A stretch of DNA of 64,000 bases from Macrostomum lignano. Lineage: Eukaryota. Location of the stretch: assembly GCA_002269645.1 (NCBI GenBank), contig NIVC01003910.1:1-64000 (forward strand), given 5' to 3'. Under the pieces are notes generated by a model. The model made no database searches, had not been told where the DNA came from, and worked only from the letters and a program-made list of their open reading frames with translations. Numbering within the stretch: the first letter of the stretch is position 1; every line of letters begins with the position of its first letter. The translations under genes were made by a program, and so were the position numbers. Below are positions 25,801 through 33,936 of the stretch, one piece after another.

Positions 25801-28800
25801 CAGCCTGAGCAGCTCGGGCGACGCCGTTGAAGTGTCCGCCGGAGTTCTCGTGCGCCGGCTCGAGGGCGTCATCATGAAGCTGCGGGATGGTGAGATCCGC
25901 CCCCTAGCATCCGCCCCTAGCATCCGCCCCTAGCATCCGCCCCTAGCATCCGCCCCTAGCATCCGCCCCTAGCATCCGCCCCTAGCATCCGCCCCTAGCA
26001 TCCGCCCCTAGCATCCGCCCCTAGCATCCGCCCCTAGCATCCGCCCCTAGCATCCGCCCCTAGCATCCGTGTTGTAAAGTGAGTTTACTCACTGGGTTGT
26101 TTTGCTAGTCGGTGTTTGGGGGTCAAGGGATCCGATGTACATGCGCGCTCTGTTTGTATATGTACATGCGTTCTCGAGTAAATATAAGAATAGCTCCACC
26201 CTTTGGGTGAGGGTTTGAATTTTGTTTGTTGGACTAAACCTGACTGGCTTGTCTCTCGCTCACCACATTTTGGCGTCGCGCGGAGAAATCAATTGATTTG
26301 GGCCAGCGTGATTCAGCACAAGCGCGAACTCTAAAATCTGCCAAGTCATGAGCAGCACAGAAGGCGCAAATGCAAGTGCAATTGGCGACCCACAGAGAGG
26401 GTCTCAACAAGCAGCAGCCCAACAGTCAAGCAGAGATACAGCTAACAGAATGAGTGTCAACATTTCGCCACCGCAGCCGTTTCTGCCAGCCGCTGGAGCA
26501 CCGCTGATTGAATGGAACCGATGGAAAGCAATGTTCAGCAACTACCTGCTAGCATCGGGAGCCATCGATCTGCCGGAGCAAAGAAAACAAGCGTTGCTTA
26601 TCCACTGTTTGGGTGCAGAGGGACAAAACATCTACATGTCTCTACAAGCCAGCAGCAATCAGGAGGAAGGAGAGCAACCGCCATCAACAGTTGATGACAC
26701 GCTGAAGCTACTGGACACGCACTTCGGACCCAAGGTCAACGTAGTTGCTGAGAGGCACAGATTCCGACAGAGAGCTCAGCGACCGGGCGAAAAGATCAGC
26801 GACTTCGTTGCCGCGCTGCGAAACCTGGCGTCGAACTGCGACTTCAAGACCTTCCAGGAGGAGATGCTGCGTGACCAGCTCGTCGAGAAAGTGCTCAGCA
26901 ACCACATCAGGGAGCGACTGCTTATGGAGCCGGAGCTGACCTTGGCGACAGCTGTGCAGTTGGCGGAGCGACTGGAAACTGGACTGCTGGAGGCCCAGGC
27001 CATCAAGGGAGGCAGCCACACAGACCCAAACAGCTCGTGTGGAGTCCAGCAGATCAGCAAGGCTAAGAACAGTGGAGCAGCGGCAAGACAGCACGAGGCA
27101 CTGAAGCCGACAACCGACGGCCGGAGCTGCGGCTACTGTGGCTCAGCGGCGCATGTCGGTGGACAGACCTGCCCAGCAAAGGGGCAGAAGTGCAAGTCCT
27201 GCGGCAAGCGCGGGCACTTCGCCAGAGTCTGCAGGAGCGGCAACCGAGTGCGACAGCTTCAGGATGAGTACTCCATCTGCACTGTGTCGACAGCTGCGGC
27301 AGCAAGCAAGCACTGCGAAGTGCTGCTGAACGGGAGGCCTGTCAAGCTGCTCGTTGACTCCGGTTCGCGAGTCTCCATCATCACCAAGACGACGTACAAC
27401 AGACTTCTGTCCAACGTGCCCCTGCAGGCGTCATCACGGAAGCTGGTCGCTTTCAACGGCAGCAAGATCGGCGTGCTTGGTGACATCCTGACCTCGGTGC
27501 AGCTCAAGGACAAAGTAGTGCCTTACGTCAACCTTAGCGTGGTCAATACCGGATCTGACATCCTGGGGTGCGACCTCATGGATCAGCTGGGACTGTGGAT
27601 CGTCACTGCAGACGGTGAGCGAGTGCAGACAGTCGGCACCAGAGCCCTGCCTGACTGGATCCCAGGCCGGTTCGACCAGTTGACTCAGGGACTCGGACAC
27701 ATTAAAGGATTTCAGCACAGGCCGCGAGTCAACCCCGCGGTGCAACCGACTGCTCAACCGTTGCGCAGAGTGCCGCTCAGCCTAAGAGATTCGGTTCAAA
27801 AGGAGATCGACCAGCTGCTGCAGCAAGACATCATCGAGGAGGTCGACGCCTCAGACTGGGTGTCAAACCTAGTCGTGGTGCCAAAGGCGAACGGCTCGAT
27901 CCGGATCTGCAACGACCTGAGAGGCCCAAACAAGAGCATCATACCGGACAGATACCCACTTCCGACCTTTGAGGAGCTCTCCGCCGAGTTTGCCGGGTCG
28001 CGATGCTTCTCCAAGTTGGACCTGAATTCGTCTTACCTGCAACTGGAGTTGTCCGAGGACTGCAGAAATCTGACCACGTTCGTGACGGAGCGAGGCCTAT
28101 ATCGATATCGGAGGGTGTGCTTCGGCCTGAGTAGTGCACCGGCTGCGTTCCAGAAGGTGATGGCTAAGATCCTCAGTGGCATCAAAGGCGCAGTGCACTT
28201 TATTGACGACATCGTAGTGCACGCGGCATCAAGAGAAGAGCACGACAAGCGCCTGTTCAAGGTGCTGCAAGCTCTGATGACGCACAACGTGACTATCAAT
28301 ACGGCCAAGTGCACCTGGCGCCAGGACAAGGTCAACTTCCTAGGCTATGAGCTGAGCGCTTCTGGAGTCCGCCCGTTGCAGTCACACGTCGAAGCTATCG
28401 AGAAGGTACAGCCGCCAACGAACACCAAGGAAGTGGCTGCGTTTCTAGGCGTCGTGAAGTACTTCGGCAACTTCATTCCCAGCCTCTCCAGCACGGCGGA
28501 GCCCCTCATGAAACTGCTGAGGAAGGACGAGCCGTGGAAGTGGACCAGTGAGTGCCAGCAGGCTTTTGAGCAGCTGAAGGCAGGAGTGTGCAAGCCACCT
28601 TGCCTCAAGTTTTTCGACGCAGATCAGCCGATCATCGTCAGCTGCGACAGCTCAGCATCAGCTCTCGGTGCGATTCTCCTCCAGCAAGACTCCGACGGCC
28701 AGTGGCGCCCGGTTGCCTTTGCGAGCCGAACTCTGAGTGCTACGGAGCGCCGCTACTCGGCGAGCGAGAGGGAAGCCCTGGCCTGCATCTTCGCCTGTGA

Positions 28801-31800
28801 GCGCTGGAACTTCTTCCTTTACGGCCGACGGTTCGAGCTCCACACCGATCACCAGGCTCTCACCACGCTGCTATCATCATCTGGGAGCGGACACCGGCCA
28901 CTCAGACTGCATCGCTGGGCTGATCGTTTGTTAAACTACTCCTTCACCGTCAAGTACGTCCCGGGTGCCAAGAACATCGTGCCTGACTTTCTGTCGCGCT
29001 GCCAGGACACGGCCGAGCCGACGGAAGGCGATGAAACAGACGGTCTGGAAGTCCAAAGAGTGCTCCTGGCCGAGGCGCTGACCGTGGTCACCGAGGACGA
29101 ACTGGCGGAGGCAACGTCAAAGGACGAGCTCCTGGCACGAGTCGCAGAGTTCACAGTTTCCGGTTGGCCAGACAAGAAAAAGCTCGATGAGCGCCTGCTG
29201 CCCTACTGGAGTGTTAGGAACGAGCTGACTGTTTGGAGCAACGGCAGGTGCTTGGCCATGGGAACTCGTGCCGTCATACCGGAAGAATTGCGCCAGCGAG
29301 TGCTCGACTTAGCGCATCAAGGTCACAAGGGAGTCAGCAGGACCAAGCATCACTGCCGAGACACCGCGTGGTGGCCCAAAATGGACAGCGACATCGAGAG
29401 GTTCGTCAGCAGCTGCTCTGCGTGCATCATCAGTGAGAAGAGCTTTAAGCCGCATCGGACAGTGCTGACCCCGACCAAGTGGCCGAAGGAACCGTGGACA
29501 GAGCTGCAGATCGACTTGTTCGGAGAGCTGCACGAGGGTGCACCACAGAACTGCCGTTTCATACTCGGTGTACATGACCTGCATTCAAAGTGGCCCGAAC
29601 TGGTCTGCCTCTCTTCAGCGACGTCTGCGACTATCATCAAGAGTCTCACGGCGCTGTTTTGTCGCTGGGGCATTCCGCGCGTAATCACCACCGATGGAGG
29701 ACCCCAGTTCATCTCCCAGGAGTTCAACGACTTCCTAAAGGCGTACGGCATCAATCATCGTCAGACTCCGTTCTACCACCCTCAAGGAAATTCCGGAGTG
29801 GAGCGCCTGAACCGCGTAGTCAAAGAGGGCTTGAAGAGCCACCTTCAAGACGGCTACTCGTTCCTGGAAGCGGTGCAGTCCATCCTGTGGGCGTACCGAT
29901 CGACACCGCATGCGCTGACCGGCGTGACGCCAGCGGAGCTGATGCTCGGCCGCAAGATCACCACGCCGCTGTGGACGCTGCAGCCGAAGCGAGCGACTCG
30001 AGAGCACCCACTGGCCGATCAGATCCAGGAGCGGCAAAGACGGCAGTTCAAGCGGCTCAACAGATCCCGGCAGCCGCCGCGCCAATTCCGGGTCGGCGAC
30101 CTGGTGCGAGTGCGATCTCCGCGGATGCGAGGCAAGCTGCAGAGCCACGTGTCACCACCTCTACGGGTCAGCGACATCATCAGCCCGACGATCGTCAGGT
30201 TAGAGGACGGCTCAAGGTGGCACACCAGCCTCTGTATGCCTCATGCGGAGCCCGAGGGTGCCAGCACGACTTCAGCAACGGCAATGCCGCCACAGCCGCC
30301 AGTGGCTGCAGAGGCGGCAGCGCCAGAAGGCCCGACGGACCCGCCGCCGGCGACCGCTGAGGCCGACGCGGAGCTGCGGCGCAGTACGCGACTGCGGGCA
30401 CCACCGTTGTGGTACGGCCAGGTCGTGACGCATTGATTGCCAGCTGTGAAGGGAATTAGTGACTGTTAAGGAGGAGGGTGAATGTTGTAAAGTGAGTTTA
30501 CTCACTGGGTTGTTTTGCTAGTCGGTGTTTGGGGGTCAAGGGATCCGATGTACATGCGCGCTCTGTTTGTATATGTACATGCGTTCTCGAGTAAATATAA
30601 GAATAGCTCCACCCTTTGGGTGAGGGTTTGAATTTTGTTTGTTGGACTAAACCTGACTGGCTTGTCTCTCGCTCACCACAATCCGCCCCTAGCATCCGCC
30701 CCTAGCATCCGCCCCTAGCATCCGCCCCTAGCATCCGCCCCTAGCATCCGCCCCTAGCATCCGCCCCTAGCATCCGGCCCCAGCATCTAGCCCTGACCCT
30801 ACATGCAGCATCCGCCCTGTGATGCTTGGTGTACTTTTCACTCGATCACCCCAGATGGCTTGTCTTGCATCATAAATAGACCGCACAGTTCCAAAGCTGG
30901 CCAGCCAACCCACTCCGCAGACTCCCAGCGCAAGAACCTGACGGTGTTCTTCCACAACGGCATCCTGTCCCTCGGCCAAGAGTACATCAACAACGACAAG
31001 GTGGTGCAGGACGTCCTCAGCCAGTTCATCGGCATGAGCGAGTCCAAGTTTTACAATCTGATCTTCCGGTTCAGCCCGGGCGAGTAAGTCTGAATTTAAA
31101 AAAACTGCTGCCATTACTACGAGTAGGCTGGTGCCAGCTCAGAATTTTGTTTCTTTCCGAATTTAATATTCTGAAAAATTCGCCCCCAGGGTCAGCCTGG
31201 AGCTGAACGGCATCCGGCGGAACCGCATGATCAGCCGGAACATCAACCTGCAGAGCCTGCAGCTGGGCGGAGGCTTCCAGGGCTGCGTAAAGGACCTGGT
31301 GGTTGGCGACACGTGAGCTCGGATTGAATTCGCTGCAATTAGTTACTAGGGAGTTACTCGAGTTACTACGGACCTACTCGAGTTACTAAGGATCTACTCT
31401 AGTTACTAGGGATCTGCTTAAGTTACTAGGGACCTACTCGAGTTACTAGGTACCTACTCGAGTTACTAGGTGCCTACTCGAGTTACTAGGTACCTACTCG
31501 AGTTTATAGGGACCTAATCGAGTTACTAGGGACCTACTCAAGTTACTCGCACTCAACGTCCAGCTCGCCGCCAACTCCAGGCTCATTCACCTTCGCTCGC
31601 TGCTGCGAGTTGTCGCCGGCGGCTCGGCGGTGCAGTTCGAATCCTGCGGCTCAGCTGACGCCGACGGCCATGTTGGAGGCGCCGGCACCGGCGGCGACGT
31701 TCGTGTGCTGGACGGCTGCGGCCGCGGCAGGCTGCCGGCGAGGCGCAACTTCGCTGGCGCGGTGCTGTACCGCTCAGCCCTCGGGGGCTTCACCCGCCTT

Positions 31801-33711
31801 GGCGAGCCGTCCAGTAGCTTCGCCAGCTTCCGGTTCAGCTTCCGGGCAACCAGCGGCGTCGGCGTGCTGCTGAACTTCGACAACCTCATGGACAACCTGA
31901 TCCTGTTCCTGCACGGCGGCCGCCTGTTCGTGTACAACGATATCCAGAAGTCCTACTGTCGCAGCGGCCGAGACTTCGGAGACGGCCGCTGGCACCGGCT
32001 GGAGTTCAGCAGCGCGCTGGGCGGCATCAGCGTCGACAACCAGACGATGAACTGCAGCATCACCAGCAGCTTCTACAGCGTCATCCCAAATTACTTCCGG
32101 GTCACCCTGGGCGGCCTGCCGAGCGACTTGCTGGCTAACAGGCGGGACTCCATCGCCAAGGTGAGATTCCAGTGTGAGACCCTGTAGCTAAGGTGAGATT
32201 CCAGTGTGAGACCCTGTAGCTAAGGTGAGATTCCAGTGTGAGACCCTGTAGCTAAGGTGAGATTCCAGTGTGAGACCCTGTAGCTAAGGTGAGATTCCAG
32301 TGTGAGACCCTGTAGCTAAGGTGAGATTCCAGTGTGAGACCCTGTAGCTAAGGTGAGATTCCAGTGTGAGACCCTGTAGCTAAGGTGAGATTCCAGTGTG
32401 AGACCCTGTAGCTAAGGTGAGATTCCAGTGTGAGACCCTGTAGCTAAGGTGAGATTCCAGTGTGAGACCCTGTAGCTAAGGTGAGATTCCAATAGAATAC
32501 TAGTTGTAAACTATGACTATCTGAGCATGAACGGAGGTTGTCCAATCCGCAGGATCTCCAAACGTTCTCCGGCTGCATCCGGGATGTCGCCTTCCTGAAC
32601 GAAGCCGGCCGGCAGATTAAGCAGAAGGCGAGCGTGCAGGTGAACACCAGCTCCTGCAGCGAGGATATCGAAGAAGGCGTCGGTTTCCAGGCTTCAGACA
32701 TCGCGAGGAGCCTCTACAGCATCTGTAAGCCCCAGGGTATCCCTGCATTTGAGTCTGGCAGTTTGAGAAGCATTAGGGACGGGCATATGATAGTCCCCAT
32801 CACTCTCCAGCATCTCTGACAGTTCCCATCACTCTCCAGCATCTCCAAAAGTCCTCTCATCACTCCAGCATCCAAGCAACTACCCCTTTCCTCCTGCAGC
32901 CAAGGTCAGCGTGCAGCCCCGCACCCGAGTCAGGCTGATGCTGAAGCCGCGCCTGTCCACCGGCACGGTGCTCGGCCTGCTCGACAGCACGTCTGATGTC
33001 CAGCGAGCGCTGACTGTGCACCTCCGGGACGGCGACATTGTCATCAGCGTCCAGGAGGACGGCAACGTGCTGAACGAGGTCCGCGCGGCCATGCCTAGCT
33101 CCTTCCTGTTGTGCGACGGAGACTGGCACACAGTTGTTGGTGAGTAGGCACTGTTGATGAGGCAGTGAGCCTGGAAATTAGGCAGTAAGGTTTGGATGAG
33201 GCGGTGAGGCTGGGGATGATGCGGTGAGGCTGGGGATGACGCGGTGACGCTGGTGATGCTAGGATGATGCGATGAGGCTTGGCATTGCATAGTTTCCGGC
33301 CTTCCATCCCGCAGCCGAAGTGGACTTCCGCCGGGTGCGCGTGTGGGTGGACGACCGGCTGTCGGTGATCGGCGCGCTGCCGCAGCAGCTGAAGGGCTTC
33401 GACTGCGCGCCCTTCCTTGGCGGCCTGCCAACCAACGGTGAGCTGCAGTGCTGATTGAGCTATAATCTGCTGTTGACCTGCTTTGACCCACCTTCTTTTG
33501 ACACTTGACTCCCCTGACCTAACCTGACCCACTATGAAGCACCCTCTGACCCTCTCCACCCGCAGACATAGCCAGCCGGCTGAACTATCTGCCCGGCAAC
33601 TACGTTGGCTGCCTGAAGTCGCTCAGCATCAACGGGGAGGCGCTGCCGCTGGCCAGCTTCCACACCAGCAACCCCGAGCTGGTGCTAAAGAGCAGCTGTT
33701 TCGTAAACTGA
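1847..33711 (+). CDS. LAMA5: Laminin alpha chain, alpha3/alpha5 (Drosophila LanA / C. elegans epi-1) type; 5'-partial, 45 exons in window
   Basis: Exons rebuilt from GT-AG sites with consistent phases: 1847-2056, 2293-2389, 2557-2732, 3204-3344, 3943-4381 (2 nt short), 5802-6039, 6542-7391, 7799-8104, 8320-8844, 9010-9116 (acceptor uncertain), 9988-10193, 11156-11289, 11368-11438, 11767-11911, 12253-12396, 12719-12967, 13044-13133, 13638-13756, 13836-14079, 14433-14557, 14719(or 14701)-14805, 15253-15455, 16364-16645, 17084-17376, 18465-18572, 18649-18760, 19083-19262, 19343-19623, 20224-20665, 20779-20913, 21366-21542, 22025-22209, 22298-22438, 23030-23320, 23903-24033, 24582-25025, 25533-25653, 25742-25889, 30921-31083, 31190-31312, 31581-32160, 32553-32724, 32900-33139, 33315-33437, 33566-33711 (TGA). 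Motifs: CNCHGH..GGGVCANCSDNTTGLNC (LE), many 8-Cys LE repeats, a long IVb insert (HFWPGLGQHRIELE; CPNSKPCRH), L4/IVa (VERCACPKEFSGLSCQ), coiled coil after CDSCIFML, five LG domains (FAGIILKASLNG, FQGCVKDL, FSGCIRDV, YVGCLKSLSING..SSCFVN*). The symbol is the nearest vertebrate type, not proven orthology. Confidence 0.93.
2805..3175 (+). repeat. Intronic 24-bp minisatellite CACACAATGAGTCACTCAGGCAAG
   Basis: Degenerate tandem copies. Confidence 0.85.
3394..3895 (+). repeat. Intronic 21-bp minisatellite AAAGTGCAGAYAAGATTCGGT
   Basis: Near-perfect tandem; explains the 7-aa periodic ORFs. Confidence 0.95.
4384..5760 (+). repeat. Intronic 32-bp minisatellite GCGGCTGTTTACTGCTGTGTTTATGGGGGCTT
   Basis: Begins inside the donor GTGAGTGCGGCTG; explains the 450-620 aa spurious ORFs. 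Confidence 0.95.
6047..6485 (+). repeat. Intronic 21-bp minisatellite CACACCCGGACACCAATCAGA
   Basis: Tandem copies starting right after the donor at 6040. Confidence 0.95.
7463..7750 (+). repeat. Intronic 14-bp minisatellite GTAGCCCTCAGGCC
   Basis: Directly visible. Confidence 0.95.
8115..8280 (+). repeat. Intronic 13-bp minisatellite GTGTGACAGTGCT
   Basis: Directly visible, with interspersed variants. Confidence 0.85.
9140..9978 (+). repeat. Intronic 20-bp minisatellite TGCTCAATGACCACATCCAA
   Basis: About 40 copies, with a homogenised TGTTCAATGACTTCATCCAA sub-block. Confidence 0.95.
10220..11010 (+). repeat. Intronic 15-bp minisatellite GGACACTGGGTGTCA
   Basis: Degenerate 5' part, perfect from ~10676 to ~11000. 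Confidence 0.95.
11480..11740 (+). repeat. Intronic 12-bp minisatellite GCAGAGACTAGA
   Basis: Directly visible. Confidence 0.95.
11970..12175 (+). repeat. Intronic 27-bp minisatellite AGAGTGGCGCCAAGGCGCTACAAGGGT
   Basis: Directly visible. Confidence 0.9.
12437..12690 (+). repeat. Intronic 18-bp minisatellite CTGTCACTCTCACCCTGC
   Basis: Directly visible. Confidence 0.9.
13195..13590 (+). repeat. Intronic 10-bp minisatellite GAGAGTCACT
   Basis: Directly visible. Confidence 0.9.
14110..14400 (+). repeat. Intronic AATCCCATCCCATCA(C/G)-type minisatellite
   Basis: 16-17 bp degenerate units. Confidence 0.85.
14858..15160 (+). repeat. Intronic 46-bp minisatellite ACTGCCAGTCAGAGCGGATCGATAAAATGGGGTGGTGGGTGTGTAC
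   Basis: Units at 14903, 14949 and onward. Confidence 0.9.
15538..16285 (+). repeat. Intronic 10-bp minisatellite GTCAGACTGT / GTCAGGCAGT
   Basis: Directly visible. Confidence 0.95.
16730..16930 (+). repeat. Intronic 28-bp minisatellite GGATTCCAGCATGAGGATTTCTGTGTTT
   Basis: Directly visible. Confidence 0.9.
17460..18315 (+). repeat. Intronic 21-bp minisatellite GCTTACAGCAATCATTTCGGT
   Basis: Recurring variant blocks (GCTTACATCACTCATTTCAGC). Confidence 0.95.
18810..19020 (+). repeat. Intronic 15-bp minisatellite CCTGCCCCACAAACC
   Basis: Directly visible. Confidence 0.9.
19645..20160 (+). repeat. Intronic 22-bp minisatellite GAGCTGGGATCTCAGAGAGGTT
   Basis: Directly visible. Confidence 0.9.
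20930..21268 (+). repeat. Intronic 24-bp minisatellite GAGTGAGATCACTCCTGAGAACCA
   Basis: Directly visible; internal hairpin GAGTGA-GA-TCACTC. Confidence 0.9.
21543..21795 (+). repeat. Intronic 31-bp minisatellite CTGAGTGGCCTGAGCAGTGCTCAGGTTGGGG
   Basis: The first copy is the splice donor itself (GTGAGTGGCC...). Confidence 0.9.
21840..22005 (+). repeat. Second array in the same intron: 17-bp CATCAATGCTATCAATC
   Basis: Directly visible. Confidence 0.85.
22520..22760 (+). repeat. Intronic 9-bp repeat CTTCATCAG
   Basis: Directly visible. Confidence 0.85.
23590..23830 (+). repeat. Intronic 33-bp minisatellite CACACACCCCAGTCACGGGTGGAGAAGCCACCG
   Basis: About 7 copies, abutting a tRNA-like B-box on the minus strand. 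Confidence 0.9.
24095..24555 (+). repeat. Intronic 17-bp minisatellite CCCAACCAGCTCAAGAT
   Basis: Directly visible. Confidence 0.95.
25053..25345 (+). mobile_element. tRNA-derived SINE, copy 1 (intronic), with CORE-like central domain
   Basis: Head with A-box-like TAGCCAAGTAG and B-box GGTTCGATTCC. Body TCCTTGAGCAAGACACTTAA..CAGTTCACCCAGCTGTTAAATGGG. Aligns end to end with the copy at 56719-57016. Followed by an (ATT)-rich tail to ~25382. Confidence 0.85.
25895..26069 (+). repeat. Intronic 13-bp minisatellite ATCCGCCCCTAGC, left of the Gypsy insertion
   Basis: 13 copies plus ATCCG, starting 5 nt after the donor GT at 25890. Confidence 0.95.
26070..26267 (+). repeat. 5' LTR
   Basis: TGTTGTAAAG...GCTCACCACA, identical by eye to the 3' LTR. 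Confidence 0.95.
26348..30436 (+). CDS. Gag-Pol polyprotein (1362 aa): Gag with double zinc knuckle, aspartic protease, RT, RNase H, integrase
   Basis: CGYCGSAAH..CPAKGQKCKSCGKRGHFARVC; LLVDSGSRVSII; FGLSSAPAAFQ..FIDDIVV; CDSSASALGAIL..VAFASRTL; HQGH..WWPKM..CSAC; ITTDGGPQF..GNSGVERLNR. Confidence 0.97.
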   Translation: MSSTEGANASAIGDPQRGSQQAAAQQSSRDTANRMSVNISPPQPFLPAAGAPLIEWNRWKAMFSNYLLASGAIDLPEQRKQALLIHCLGAEGQNIYMSLQASSNQEEGEQPPSTVDDTLKLLDTHFGPKVNVVAERHRFRQRAQRPGEKISDFVAALRNLASNCDFKTFQEEMLRDQLVEKVLSNHIRERLLMEPELTLATAVQLAERLETGLLEAQAIKGGSHTDPNSSCGVQQISKAKNSGAAARQHEALKPTTDGRSCGYCGSAAHVGGQTCPAKGQKCKSCGKRGHFARVCRSGNRVRQLQDEYSICTVSTAAAASKHCEVLLNGRPVKLLVDSGSRVSIITKTTYNRLLSNVPLQASSRKLVAFNGSKIGVLGDILTSVQLKDKVVPYVNLSVVNTGSDILGCDLMDQLGLWIVTADGERVQTVGTRALPDWIPGRFDQLTQGLGHIKGFQHRPRVNPAVQPTAQPLRRVPLSLRDSVQKEIDQLLQQDIIEEVDASDWVSNLVVVPKANGSIRICNDLRGPNKSIIPDRYPLPTFEELSAEFAGSRCFSKLDLNSSYLQLELSEDCRNLTTFVTERGLYRYRRVCFGLSSAPAAFQKVMAKILSGIKGAVHFIDDIVVHAASREEHDKRLFKVLQALMTHNVTINTAKCTWRQDKVNFLGYELSASGVRPLQSHVEAIEKVQPPTNTKEVAAFLGVVKYFGNFIPSLSSTAEPLMKLLRKDEPWKWTSECQQAFEQLKAGVCKPPCLKFFDADQPIIVSCDSSASALGAILLQQDSDGQWRPVAFASRTLSATERRYSASEREALACIFACERWNFFLYGRRFELHTDHQALTTLLSSSGSGHRPLRLHRWADRLLNYSFTVKYVPGAKNIVPDFLSRCQDTAEPTEGDETDGLEVQRVLLAEALTVVTEDELAEATSKDELLARVAEFTVSGWPDKKKLDERLLPYWSVRNELTVWSNGRCLAMGTRAVIPEELRQRVLDLAHQGHKGVSRTKHHCRDTAWWPKMDSDIERFVSSCSACIISEKSFKPHRTVLTPTKWPKEPWTELQIDLFGELHEGAPQNCRFILGVHDLHSKWPELVCLSSATSATIIKSLTALFCRWGIPRVITTDGGPQFISQEFNDFLKAYGINHRQTPFYHPQGNSGVERLNRVVKEGLKSHLQDGYSFLEAVQSILWAYRSTPHALTGVTPAELMLGRKITTPLWTLQPKRATREHPLADQIQERQRRQFKRLNRSRQPPRQFRVGDLVRVRSPRMRGKLQSHVSPPLRVSDIISPTIVRLEDGSRWHTSLCMPHAEPEGASTTSATAMPPQPPVAAEAAAPEGPTDPPPATAEADAELRRSTRLRAPPLWYGQVVTH
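30483..30680 (+). repeat. 3' LTR
   Basis: Preceded by the polypurine tract, followed by TSD ATCCG. Confidence 0.95.
30681..30780 (+). repeat. 13-bp ATCCGCCCCTAGC array, right of the Gypsy insertion
   Basis: The same unit resumes. Confidence 0.95.
31340..31550 (+). repeat. Intronic 20-bp minisatellite GAGTTACTAGGGACCTACTC
   Basis: Directly visible. Confidence 0.9.
32161..32491 (+). repeat. 32-bp perfect tandem array of the 5' splice site: (GTGAGATTCCAGTGTGAGACCCTGTAGCTAAG)x10 plus a partial copy
   Basis: Units at 32161, 32193 ... 32449, partial at 32481; no spacers. Confidence 0.97.
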
Positions 33712-33930
33712 GCGAACTCCTGCTTTATCGGGTCGTGGGCAGAACTTTGTCTAGGGAAATTATTTGCGAACCCTATTGGCTAGTCATTAACTGCAACCTA
33801 ACCCTGCATATTTAATTAATTCTATCGTACGTTCGTTTTTATCGCTAAATTTTTCTTTTAGCTATATTTGCAAAAGGCAATACTTTATTATTCATATTTA
33901 GTATTTCCGCACGTCTAATACTGTTTATTA

Positions 33931-33936
33931 AATAAA
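33931..33936 (+). terminator. Candidate polyadenylation signal of the laminin gene
   Basis: AATAAA 220 nt after the stop, in AT-rich sequence. Confidence 0.45.

Larger units (their letters stand above)
26070..30680 (+). mobile_element. Full-length Ty3/Gypsy LTR retrotransposon (4611 bp, probably Mag-like), intact and very young
   Basis: 198-bp TG..CA LTRs at 26070-26267 and 30483-30680, with no difference seen by eye. 5-bp TSD ATCCG at 26065-26069 and 30681-30685. PBS-like TGGCGTCGCG at 26271. PPT AAGGAGGAGGG at ~30468-30478. One gag-pol ORF in PR-RT-RH-IN order. Confidence 0.97.

Noticed and set aside
26512-30505. Alternative-frame and antisense ORFs within the Gypsy element (e.g. 29590-30360)
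   Set aside because: Shadows of GC-rich codon use; no env-like or other domain signature.
32161-32491. CRISPR-like 32-bp direct repeats (also the 32-mer at 4384-5760)
   Set aside because: No unique spacers, no cas genes, and a eukaryotic intron context.
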